Source: a virus
Direction: 5' to 3' (one strand)
IMG/VR virus record: IMGVR_UViG_3300042396_000450
Coordinates: 1 to 64,000 of that record
Length of the DNA stretch: 64,000 nt
This document shows positions 20,110 to 28,580 of the stretch, piece by piece. Positions within the stretch are counted from its first letter, which is position 1. Each line of letters opens with the position of its first letter. Position numbers and translations under genes: made by a program. The notes beneath the pieces were generated by a model. The model ran no database searches and was not told where the DNA came from. It saw nothing but the letters and a program-made list of their open reading frames with translations.

Positions 20110-20170
20110 ATCAATGGTTTTACCAGTAATTTATTCTCCCAAGAATCTGTATGCTCAAGTAGTTAGATAA
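20110..20170 (+). CDS. major capsid protein, exon 2
   Basis: Splicing gives GCG AT|A TCA ATG GTT TTA CCA = ...QAISMVLPVIYSPKNLYAQVVR*, 394 aa total. Confidence 0.8.
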
Positions 20171-20206
20171 TAATTCCCTATTTCTAACTAGACCGAGTTT
20201 AAGTTG

Positions 20207-20243
20207 TGGTATAATGATCTTATGACGTAAATGAGATTATTAT
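20207..20243 (+). promoter_or_regulatory. extended -10 promoter overlapping a start-codon-sequestering hairpin
   Basis: TGgTATAAT 20207-20215; stem ataatgatctta (20211-22) / tgagattattat (20232-43) covers the AT of the ATG. Confidence 0.6.
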
Positions 20244-21543
20244 GCCACAATTTATTTATTTGGTGACAAACTCAATTAATGATAAAAAATATGTTGGACA
20301 AACAAATAGGACAATTGAAAAGCGTTGGTCAGAACATATTAGAGCCGGTAATTATGTTGGAACTAAAAGTTTATTATCAAAAGCAATTAAGAAATATGGT
20401 GTAGATAAATTTAAAATTGAAATTATTAAAACTTTAGAAACAACAGATCAGTCAGAAATTGATAAAACTGAAGTTTATTTTATTAAAGAATATAATGCTT
20501 TAACACCTAACGGTTATAACGTATTAAATGGTGGTAAAGGTTGTTTTCTAACACCTGAAGGTAAAGAGTATTTAAAAAGAACGATGACGAGTCGTTGGCA
20601 GAATAAAAGTTATCGAGCTTCTATGTTAGGTAGCACTTTAATTTCTGCTAGATTAAAAAACAATACCTCTGAAGCTAAATTAAAACGAGGTAATAGTTTA
20701 GTTAGAAATCGTCGTTACTTAATAACTACACCAGATGGAATTGAGTATTGTACTTACGGTGTAACTCACTTACAACAACTAGATTTAGATGTAAGTAGTT
20801 TAATTAAAGTTGCTCGTAATAAGATGACTAATCATAAAGGTTATAAAGTTAAATCACTTAATGATGATTATGTAACTGTAGATAAAACATATTTAGATTA
20901 CGTTAACAAATACGAATGTATTAGTTTAAATAAAGATAACTACAGTTTTTGTTCTTATGGTATTGATGCTATTAAAGAACAACTTAAATTAGATATATGT
21001 CAGAAGACAATATCACATCACATTAATAACGCTAATTTAATTAACGGTTATCAAGTTAGAGATATTAATGCAGAACCAATTATTAAACAATATCTACCAG
21101 ATGCTGAACGCTTCATATTGACAACACCTGAAGGTGTTAGTTTCTGTCGTTACGGTATGGAAGATTTAACTGAAGAAACTGGATTAAATGCTAAAGCGGT
21201 GTACCCATTAATGAATCCAAATAGTCCTCGTTATGGTCGCAAAATTAACGGTTGGAGTTGTGTTAGAGCTAATGAATCAGAGGAAACAAGAGATAAGTTA
21301 TTAGCTGATAAAGCTGCTAAGTTAGCTGAAGATAAGTTAATCAATGATGCTAAAAAGAGTTGGCAACAAGTAGTTAATAAACGTTACCTATTAACTAACT
21401 TAATAACTAATGAACAGTTATGTTGTTATGGATTAGTTCATCTCCGAGAATCACATGGTCTAGATGGTAGTTGTTTAATTAAAGTAATTAAGGGTAAAAT
21501 TAAACATCACAAAAACTGGACGTGCATTAAGATAGAAAACTGA
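20242..21543 (+). CDS. free-standing GIY-YIG homing endonuclease with four C-terminal repeats
   Basis: FIYLVTNSINDKKYVGQT...RWSEH...E...GYN, followed by four ~50-aa repeats each containing a C-x-YG motif. Confidence 0.88.
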   Translation: MPQFIYLVTNSINDKKYVGQTNRTIEKRWSEHIRAGNYVGTKSLLSKAIKKYGVDKFKIEIIKTLETTDQSEIDKTEVYFIKEYNALTPNGYNVLNGGKGCFLTPEGKEYLKRTMTSRWQNKSYRASMLGSTLISARLKNNTSEAKLKRGNSLVRNRRYLITTPDGIEYCTYGVTHLQQLDLDVSSLIKVARNKMTNHKGYKVKSLNDDYVTVDKTYLDYVNKYECISLNKDNYSFCSYGIDAIKEQLKLDICQKTISHHINNANLINGYQVRDINAEPIIKQYLPDAERFILTTPEGVSFCRYGMEDLTEETGLNAKAVYPLMNPNSPRYGRKINGWSCVRANESEETRDKLLADKAAKLAEDKLINDAKKSWQQVVNKRYLLTNLITNEQLCCYGLVHLRESHGLDGSCLIKVIKGKIKHHKNWTCIKIEN

Positions 21544-21571
21544 CATTAACAGCGAAGCAAATAACACTTAT

Positions 21572-21604
21572 AATGATGGTAGTAATAAACTATCGTCATT
21601 TTTA
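21572..21604 (+). terminator. intrinsic terminator-like hairpin
   Basis: aatgatggtag-loop-ctatcgtcatt plus T-run after the endonuclease gene. Confidence 0.5.
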
Positions 21605-21606
21605 TT

Positions 21607-22404
21607 ATGGGTAAGAAAAAAGATAATCGTAATCAACCTAACTATATTAAAGCTGGATTATATGGAACAGGTACGGCATTATTAGGACAACAAACTATTA
21701 GATCCGGCATTCCAAGAGCATTAGGTGTCAGACTTGAATCACATAGTACAAGTAGAAAAAATGCTAAATCTATATTGAAGAATGGTGGTTATCTAGATCC
21801 TAATTACGGTGGAACTGGTGCTAGTAAAGCAGTTAATGATACCGACTTCATAGATAAATCTAAAAACTATATTCACCTAACTGGAGCGCATAAAAATACT
21901 AAAGTTAACATGGGCGGAACTGTAAGTAATGTATTATACCGAAAAATACAACGGGGTATGTATCGTGGTATAACTGGTGAGACATTATCAGCAATAGATG
22001 ATCCTAAATTACTACCTAATATGTATGCGGGTATGACAGGATCGAAGGGTAGAAGTTTATATGTGGGCGGATCTGATAGATACTTCGACAAGAATTTCAT
22101 ACCAGATTCAGATGATGTAGCACTTAAATCCGCGAAGAAAGTTAAAGTATTCGGTAATAGATTTGCGGCAGTTCGGGACACATTAAAGAGATATGGTAAA
22201 GGTAATTATATTAAAGGTGCTGCTAGATTAATGGGAGCAAATAAGAGTCGTGTAGCAGCAGGATTAGGAATATTAGGTGCTGGTGCATTAGGAACTGCTT
22301 ATTTAGGTAAGAAAACAATGGAATCACTTGGTAATGTTAAATCATACAATCGCAAATCTAAATCGGGTAAAATAGTTAAAGTAAACTCATATAAACGTAA
22401 ATAA
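21607..22404 (+). CDS. basic glycine-zipper family protein with putative HxT-type ART-like domain
   Basis: SHSTSRKNAKSILKNGGYLDP...NYIHLT. Compact paralog of 9634..11349. Confidence 0.55.
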   Translation: MGKKKDNRNQPNYIKAGLYGTGTALLGQQTIRSGIPRALGVRLESHSTSRKNAKSILKNGGYLDPNYGGTGASKAVNDTDFIDKSKNYIHLTGAHKNTKVNMGGTVSNVLYRKIQRGMYRGITGETLSAIDDPKLLPNMYAGMTGSKGRSLYVGGSDRYFDKNFIPDSDDVALKSAKKVKVFGNRFAAVRDTLKRYGKGNYIKGAARLMGANKSRVAAGLGILGAGALGTAYLGKKTMESLGNVKSYNRKSKSGKIVKVNSYKRK

Positions 22405-22408
22405 CAAT

Positions 22409-23113
22409 ATGCCGCGCAAATTAGGTGATAAAGATAAAAAGAAGAGAAAGTCTAGAAAGTTATTAGTTAATAGTGCATTACTAGGAATACCAACTGGATT
22501 AGGATTACTTGCTGGTAAAGGTGCATCTAATTACTGGAGTAATACTAAAGGTATTGAAAAATATGGAGCTAGAACATTAACTCCTAAACTACTACAAGAA
22601 TTTTATAACAACAAAGAGCTAACTAAAGAACATCGAAAAGACTTAGTAAAAAGAATAAAAAGTTTAAATAAACCACAATTACAAAAGTTAGATTCTGAAA
22701 TAAATTTATTAGCGGATCAAAAATTAGAAAGACCTAAGTTCTCTTTATATGAGACATATAATAATCCAGCTAAAAAACTTGAATATGAAAAACAACTTAA
22801 AGAATATAACAGATTAGATGAACAACGAGATTTCTATAGACAGATGAGAAGAAAAGTTAGAGATAGTAATAGAAAGGTGAAAGATAGTTATCAAAAAGCT
22901 AAAAATGATGCTATACGTTATTACAGAGATACATTACAGGATGAGGCTTTAAAATATGCTGATACAAAAAGAGATAGATTATATAATACTGCATACAGTA
23001 AAGTTAAACGGGTTAACTTAATTAAAGGTGGACTAATTGGCTTAGGAGTAGGTAGCGCATTACTTGGAGTTAATGAGTTAAGGAATCGTAATAAACGTAA
23101 TAGGCTCAAATAA
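22409..23113 (+). CDS. basic glycine-zipper family protein
   Basis: MPRKLGDKDKKKRKSRK, Gly-rich helices at both ends. Confidence 0.65.
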   Translation: MPRKLGDKDKKKRKSRKLLVNSALLGIPTGLGLLAGKGASNYWSNTKGIEKYGARTLTPKLLQEFYNNKELTKEHRKDLVKRIKSLNKPQLQKLDSEINLLADQKLERPKFSLYETYNNPAKKLEYEKQLKEYNRLDEQRDFYRQMRRKVRDSNRKVKDSYQKAKNDAIRYYRDTLQDEALKYADTKRDRLYNTAYSKVKRVNLIKGGLIGLGVGSALLGVNELRNRNKRNRLK

Positions 23114-23114
23114 C

Positions 23115-23681
23115 ATGGCACGTAAACTAGGTTCTAAAGACAAGAAGAAGCGTAAACTTAGATTAGTTAACATAGGTACAGTAGGTGGACTTGGTGCAAT
23201 TGTAGGAAGTGGAGTTAATATGATTGGACTTAAATCATTAACTGAACAACGAAAACGTGAGTTAGGTGTAAGTAATTTAGACATAAGGGATAAACGACGT
23301 AAACTAACTGAACTTATTGCTAATGATTATCGTAATGATGTTAAATCAGGTAAACGTATTGTAGATGAAGCTAAGAAAGTAGCGGTACTTACATATCAAG
23401 CTAAACGAGATACGGGAGCTAAGATAAACGATGATGAGTTACGTGAAGTTATGGAACGTCCGAATAAGTTAATTGAGCAGTTTACTAAACAAGCTAAAGA
23501 TAGAGGTAAATCGCAATCTAATGTTAGACGTACTATAACTAAACAACTTAAAAATGATGCTTATAACGCAAGTAATAAAATCATTAAATCACGTCTATTA
23601 GGAGGTGCTGCAATTGGAGCATTAGCAGCAGGTGGAAGTTATGCAGTTTATAAGAAGTTAACTAAACGTAAGAATAAATAA
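23115..23681 (+). CDS. basic glycine-zipper family protein
   Basis: MARKLGSKDKKKRKLR, Gly-rich helices at both ends. Confidence 0.65.
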   Translation: MARKLGSKDKKKRKLRLVNIGTVGGLGAIVGSGVNMIGLKSLTEQRKRELGVSNLDIRDKRRKLTELIANDYRNDVKSGKRIVDEAKKVAVLTYQAKRDTGAKINDDELREVMERPNKLIEQFTKQAKDRGKSQSNVRRTITKQLKNDAYNASNKIIKSRLLGGAAIGALAAGGSYAVYKKLTKRKNK

Positions 23682-23683
23682 CT

Positions 23684-23815
23684 CTATTTAACTTGTTTAT
23701 ATAACTTCTGCAATACTTTATCTCTACTAACATTTTTAACTTTAGATTCTCTAGTTCTAATTCTCTTTTGTAATGACTTACTTAACCTATACCATTTAGA
23801 CTTAGGAATATACAT
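23684..23815 (-). CDS. small basic hypothetical protein (43 aa), not in track
   Basis: MYIPKSKWYRLSKSLQKRIRTRESKVKNVSRDKVLQKLYKQVK fills the intergenic gap. Confidence 0.35.
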   Translation of the reverse strand: MYIPKSKWYRLSKSLQKRIRTRESKVKNVSRDKVLQKLYKQVK

Positions 23816-23841
23816 GATAGATAACTTAAACAACTTTAACT

Positions 23842-24195
23842 ATGATAACTCTAATCAATGATCTGGCTAACTTCGCACGAGGTAAAGGTGATAAGGATAA
23901 ACGTAAGAGACAAGTTAAACGTGCTGGTAGATGGTGGACTCCTAATCAAGTAACTGCTGCAACTAGACCTGGTAAAAAGAATGCTGTATTAGCAAGTAAG
24001 AAAATAAATGGAGTTGTTAAATATAAACTACTTAACTTTGGTGACAGTACAATGAGTGATTGGACTAAACACAAGGATAAGAAGAGACGTTCAAATTACT
24101 TATCTCGTAGTGGTGGTATTAGAAATAAGAGTGGTGAATTAACTAAAAACGATAAGTTCTCAGCTAATTACTGGAGTAGGAAAATTAATTGGTAA
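23842..24195 (+). CDS. basic family protein with conserved viral small domain
   Basis: LANF-ARGKGDKDKRKR, then RPGKK...NFGD...DWTKHKDKKRRSNYLSR...ANYWSRKINW. Confidence 0.6.
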   Translation: MITLINDLANFARGKGDKDKRKRQVKRAGRWWTPNQVTAATRPGKKNAVLASKKINGVVKYKLLNFGDSTMSDWTKHKDKKRRSNYLSRSGGIRNKSGELTKNDKFSANYWSRKINW

Positions 24196-24200
24196 CTAAT

Positions 24201-25061
24201 ATGTTTCTAATATCAGATGTAACTACATTTAGTAAGAAAAAAGGTAAACGTAATAACTTATTACTTGGTGGCGCAATTCTCGGTACTGGTTTATTAGGAG
24301 TTGTAGGAGTTAAATCTTATCTTCGTAATGGTAAATTAGTTAGACAATATAATCGTAATCAGGTTGTTAAAAAGGTAACTGAACCTGTTGTTGAATCAAC
24401 TAATAAAAGTAGTTTAGTAAATAATTTAATACAGAAAAATTATCCAACTGCATCACCCGAATTAGTTAAGAATATGCAGAATAATCCCTGGTATTTAGTT
24501 GGAGGTGAATTAGGTAAAAAAGCTAAACAATATAATATTAATATTGATGAAGCTATTGGGGTTCATACTTATATGGGAGGTGGTTATAAAGAGATAAATA
24601 ATTATTTAAGAGATAAAGTTAAAAATCCTAACTTATATAATGATGAATTAGAACAGTTATCTAATAACGCTATAAGTGGTATAAATAAATTACAATCAAT
24701 AGATGTTAATAAGATACCTAAGTTAGATAGATATATTAAACTTAATCCTGAAACAATTGATAATTATCAAGTTGGTAAAGATTATGTAACTCCACAAATA
24801 ACAAGCACTACTGGATTACCGATTAATAAACAAGATATAAATGAAGCTGCTTTAGTCGCTAGTGATGCTAATGTAAAAATGGTATATAAACCTAAAGTTA
24901 ATAGTACCGCTAAAAATCTAGGTGATGTTCATTTAATAGAGAAAAATGAATATGTTTATTTACCTGGTACTAAATTTAAAGTTAGTAGTAAGAAAAAAGA
25001 GATAGTTAATATTGGTGGTAAACCTAGAGTTATTAACGTTATCTACATGGATGAACTATGA
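24201..25061 (+). CDS. ADP-ribosyltransferase (R-S-E class, VIP2/C3/Alt-like) with family N-terminal module
   Basis: YMGGGYKEINNYLR, LDRY, ITSTT, NEYVYLPGTKFKV. N-terminus has MFLISDVTTF, a Gly helix and VKSYLRNGKLVRQY. Confidence 0.8.
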   Translation: MFLISDVTTFSKKKGKRNNLLLGGAILGTGLLGVVGVKSYLRNGKLVRQYNRNQVVKKVTEPVVESTNKSSLVNNLIQKNYPTASPELVKNMQNNPWYLVGGELGKKAKQYNINIDEAIGVHTYMGGGYKEINNYLRDKVKNPNLYNDELEQLSNNAISGINKLQSIDVNKIPKLDRYIKLNPETIDNYQVGKDYVTPQITSTTGLPINKQDINEAALVASDANVKMVYKPKVNSTAKNLGDVHLIEKNEYVYLPGTKFKVSSKKKEIVNIGGKPRVINVIYMDEL

Positions 25062-25129
25062 ACAACAACTACACTAAACCAACTCTAAGAGAACGCATTA
25101 AATCGAGTTATGAGAAGTAGTGGTATTTA

Positions 25130-25948
25130 TTAACTATTAACTAACTTACGAAAACACATATCTAACATAGGAATCATTTCAACTTCATAAGCTGATGTAT
25201 TAGGTCTATATCTACCTTTACCTAACTTAACGTTAATTTTAGTTGGATTATTACCTGTAGTTGTCTTATAAGTATCAGCAACTAAGTTAGCGAATCTGTG
25301 CATTGTAGATTTATCTGCAACAAAACCCTTACTCTTAATATAGTCACTTAAAATGACATATCCATTATGAGTTGTTAGTTCCGTAGTTACAGTTAACTCA
25401 TTTAACATTACATCAAGATTAGGAAAGTTAGTTACTGTGGCATTTCTAAGTTGTTTATATTCTGTAGTTATATTACTTAACTCATCTACTTTATCGCTTA
25501 GTAACTTAAGTGAATTAAGAATAGCTTTATTATCATCATTAATAACAGCACCAGTTAAATCCTTAACCCAATTAACGAAACCATATTGTGCCAACTTACG
25601 ATAAGTGTTGCGTGCGGTAACATTAGCAGCTTTAGATTCAAATGCGTAATACTCGATAATTAAAGTTGCTGCTGTTGATGTAATAATTTTACAAGTTCCA
25701 CCATCTTTATTTCCTTCTAGCTGTGGACTAAAAACGTTACCCAGTAAAGGTTCTAGCATTTTTAGCTGTGTACTAACACCAGTATTATCAGCTAATGGGT
25801 TTACTATTCTTTGAGACATTGTTTGTTGTGTAACTCCACATAATCGCGCCAATCCACTAATACTAACTCCAGCATCCCGTCCATCTGGAGTAATGTAAAA
25901 CTCAACATCATTAATAACAGAGGGTTGTACAATAATTTTATCTGACAT
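25130..25948 (-). CDS. antirepressor-like DNA-binding protein (paralog 1 of 3)
   Basis: FYITPDG..GVSISGLARLCGV...IIEYYAFES, shared with 40470 and 63711. Confidence 0.55.
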   Translation of the reverse strand: MSDKIIVQPSVINDVEFYITPDGRDAGVSISGLARLCGVTQQTMSQRIVNPLADNTGVSTQLKMLEPLLGNVFSPQLEGNKDGGTCKIITSTAATLIIEYYAFESKAANVTARNTYRKLAQYGFVNWVKDLTGAVINDDNKAILNSLKLLSDKVDELSNITTEYKQLRNATVTNFPNLDVMLNELTVTTELTTHNGYVILSDYIKSKGFVADKSTMHRFANLVADTYKTTTGNNPTKINVKLGKGRYRPNTSAYEVEMIPMLDMCFRKLVNS

Positions 25949-25976
25949 GACTAATTCATCCTTAATTAACTACACT

Positions 25977-26011
25977 TGACTTAGATACAAACTAACTAAC
26001 TATCTAAGTCA
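25977..26011. promoter_or_regulatory. 11-bp inverted repeat (operator or hairpin)
   Basis: tgacttagata-N13-tatctaagtca in a divergent intergenic region. Confidence 0.5.
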
Positions 26012-26111
26012 CCTCATTATAACTGATAAATAGTTAAAATACATAACATTCTCCTTTTTTCTTACAAGTTAAACATTTCCAATTATAATTAAGTAAACTA
26101 CATTAATTAAT

Positions 26112-26417
26112 ATGGCATTTAAATTACCATCATTTAATCTACTTAGAAAAGCTGCTTCTAAACGTGTTCCTGGTGTTGCAGGATCTAAAGTTGGATCACT
26201 TGGTAATAATAGAACTGGAGTTACTAAAACCTATGCAACTAGAGGTGCTGCACGTAAAGCTAATCAACTTGGACTATTAAGTAGACTTAAACCACGTCAA
26301 CCTGTTAAACCACTTCAACCATCTCAACCTAAAGGACTTAGTAATCGAGCATTTGGAGCAAGTAGAACACCTAAAATTCGTGAATCATTTGGTAGTTACA
26401 ACAAACGAGTTAAGTAA
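26112..26417 (+). CDS. very basic hypothetical protein
   Basis: K/R/G/S-rich, almost no acidic residues. Confidence 0.55.
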   Translation: MAFKLPSFNLLRKAASKRVPGVAGSKVGSLGNNRTGVTKTYATRGAARKANQLGLLSRLKPRQPVKPLQPSQPKGLSNRAFGASRTPKIRESFGSYNKRVK

Positions 26418-26418
26418 T

Positions 26419-27201
26419 ATGACAATAACTAAGCAACAACTTATAGATAAATACAATGAAGTTTATGCAGCAGATAATGGTGTTAATAAGACCTTCGTTG
26501 AATTAACTAAAGATGAGAAGGTAGAAGCATTACTACAATTCGTAACTGCTATTAGTGGTGGATCTGGTGGTGACGCTAGTGCCACTAATCAAACAGCCGT
26601 TCAAGCTAATCCAGGAAGTAATGCAACAAAAGCAGTAGCAGTACAAGGTGTAACAGGGGGTAAATCTATTCCAGTTACAGGTACATTTTTCCAAAATATT
26701 CAACCTGTCAGCATGACTGCTGCACCTGCGGGATTAGCTTACGCATCCTCAACCACAATTACTCGCGCTGCTAACACCACAACTTATACTGCTTCTGCAC
26801 CAAACTTTGATGTTTATGGCGGTCTATTCCAACTTCAAAATATAGGCGAAGCTGGTAAAGGTATATTCCTTTCTTATTTTGAAATATCTCTCAATCTATC
26901 TTCTGTACCAGCAGGTATGACTTCTTTTGCGGTACACTTATACCCTACAGCACCTACAAATATTGCAGATAATAGTATCTGGACAATTGGTTCTGACCCT
27001 GTTCTAGACCCTGTAGGTTTCAATGTACCTATGAGTTTAGCTAAAGGAGGGGGTAAGGTTGTTGGCGTTATTAGAGACTTAAATCAATTGTTTATTTTAA
27101 CCAGTTCAAGTTTGTGGGGATATCTGGTTACTAACGGTGCAATTGACCCGGCTGCTAACTCAGAAACAGGGACTATACGTGCTAGGAGTTTTGCACCATG
27201 A
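26419..27201 (+). CDS. putative virion structural protein
   Basis: GGSGGDASATNQ linker, TITRAANTTTY, beta-rich C-terminus. Start moved to ATG 26419. Confidence 0.5.
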   Translation: MTITKQQLIDKYNEVYAADNGVNKTFVELTKDEKVEALLQFVTAISGGSGGDASATNQTAVQANPGSNATKAVAVQGVTGGKSIPVTGTFFQNIQPVSMTAAPAGLAYASSTTITRAANTTTYTASAPNFDVYGGLFQLQNIGEAGKGIFLSYFEISLNLSSVPAGMTSFAVHLYPTAPTNIADNSIWTIGSDPVLDPVGFNVPMSLAKGGGKVVGVIRDLNQLFILTSSSLWGYLVTNGAIDPAANSETGTIRARSFAP

Positions 27202-28082
27202 GAACTTCTACTAGAATGGTGGTGTTGGGTGGTTTTAAATGTGTTCTTGATTTAATTTTTGCTATAGCCTCTGTCGCTTATGGATTAAGACAGCTTTCCA
27301 GGTTTTGGACTGGTGCAGCTATAAGAGTAATGAGAACTAGTGATAACTCAGAATTAGATATAGGTTTTATTGGAGAGGATTTAGATGTAGTTACATTATT
27401 AGCATTTGTCGGTTTGGCCAACGGTGAGATTGTTATCTGGTATGATCAATCTGGCAATGGTCGTCATGCAGTTTCAACGGCGGGGAGGCGGCCGCGCATT
27501 GTTAGCAATGGCGTTTTACAAACGGAAGGCGGAAAGCCTGCCATCTTGTTCGATGGCGTGGATGATTATTTAGCTGCCCCTTCTCCGCTTATTGACACAA
27601 CGCACAGTCTGTTTGTTTTATTCACACCAAAGATTGAAAATCAATTTGGGGCTGTTTTTGGGCAGTGGTCTTCTGGACAAATTGGCCGTTTTTACTTAAT
27701 TGCAAACCAAATTTCAAGTGGAGCTGCGTCGGCTGGGTTTTTGAACTTAGCCAACACTACAGCGACGGGAGGCGGAGGAGGCAGTGGTTTCGCCGCAGAA
27801 GTTGCTATTTCAAATACACCCACTTTAATCACATCTATATCAAGCACCGGAAGCGAGCAGTGGAAACTGTTTAAGAACGGCACGGAATGGGATAGCGCAA
27901 CAATTACGAGCGTCTATACGGGGGTCAATAGCGCGATAGGCTCGTTGAATGGAACTGGATCATTGCTCCCATTCGACGGCACTGTATCAGAATTGATTTC
28001 GTTCCCATCGGCACTCTCCACCACCGACCGCCAAACGCTTGAGCGCAATCAGGGTAAGTACTACAGCATCACAGTAGCTTGA
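27198..28082 (+). CDS. lectin/LamG (ConA)-like virion or receptor-binding protein
   Basis: AYGLRQL...AIRVMRTSDNSELDIGF...WYDQSGNGRHA...FDGVDDYL...FDGTVSELI. Confidence 0.65.
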   Translation: MRTSTRMVVLGGFKCVLDLIFAIASVAYGLRQLSRFWTGAAIRVMRTSDNSELDIGFIGEDLDVVTLLAFVGLANGEIVIWYDQSGNGRHAVSTAGRRPRIVSNGVLQTEGGKPAILFDGVDDYLAAPSPLIDTTHSLFVLFTPKIENQFGAVFGQWSSGQIGRFYLIANQISSGAASAGFLNLANTTATGGGGGSGFAAEVAISNTPTLITSISSTGSEQWKLFKNGTEWDSATITSVYTGVNSAIGSLNGTGSLLPFDGTVSELISFPSALSTTDRQTLERNQGKYYSITVA

Positions 28083-28113
28083 GGAAAATCATATTAGTGG
28101 ATAATTAAAAACC

Positions 28114-28545
28114 ATGACAAAACAACAATGGCTGCTTTCTCAAATTGAACAATTCCCTGAACTATCTCCCAGGGAATTAACTTCATACCTCAACGATAAA
28201 GTATTAGTAGATAATCCAGTGCCAATAGGACAAGTATCTGTGACAACTACCTTAGAGGAAGTATCTGCGGTGGTTGCTGACAATGAAGTATTAGCTATAG
28301 CTGAGAGTCCAGTCTATTTAAGGATATTAGATGCTATTGTCCAAAAAAGACCTGATTGGATTATTGGAAATTTAACTACTTTAAAACGTGGGGGTAAACT
28401 AACCCAAGCTCACTTTGATGCCATCATAGCGTTACTTCAAAGGACTCAACCAGACCCTAGCTATCAAGAGCAAATATTGATAAGCCCTGCCGAGTTGGCA
28501 GGATATGGGGCTATTTTAGTTGGTGATGTTGAGGAATTAATTTAA
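28114..28545 (+). CDS. hypothetical protein
   Basis: ORF following the lectin-like gene. Confidence 0.6.
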   Translation: MTKQQWLLSQIEQFPELSPRELTSYLNDKVLVDNPVPIGQVSVTTTLEEVSAVVADNEVLAIAESPVYLRILDAIVQKRPDWIIGNLTTLKRGGKLTQAHFDAIIALLQRTQPDPSYQEQILISPAELAGYGAILVGDVEELI

Positions 28546-28580
28546 TGTTATTATTAACTTAACCAATTACCGTAACAACT

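Noticed and set aside
19845-20116. Alternative splice sites (after GAAACT; 3' G at 20116)
   Set aside because: Also in frame, but lacks a P1 helix with a U.G pair. The gcgat/gtcgc pairing favours 19844/20110.
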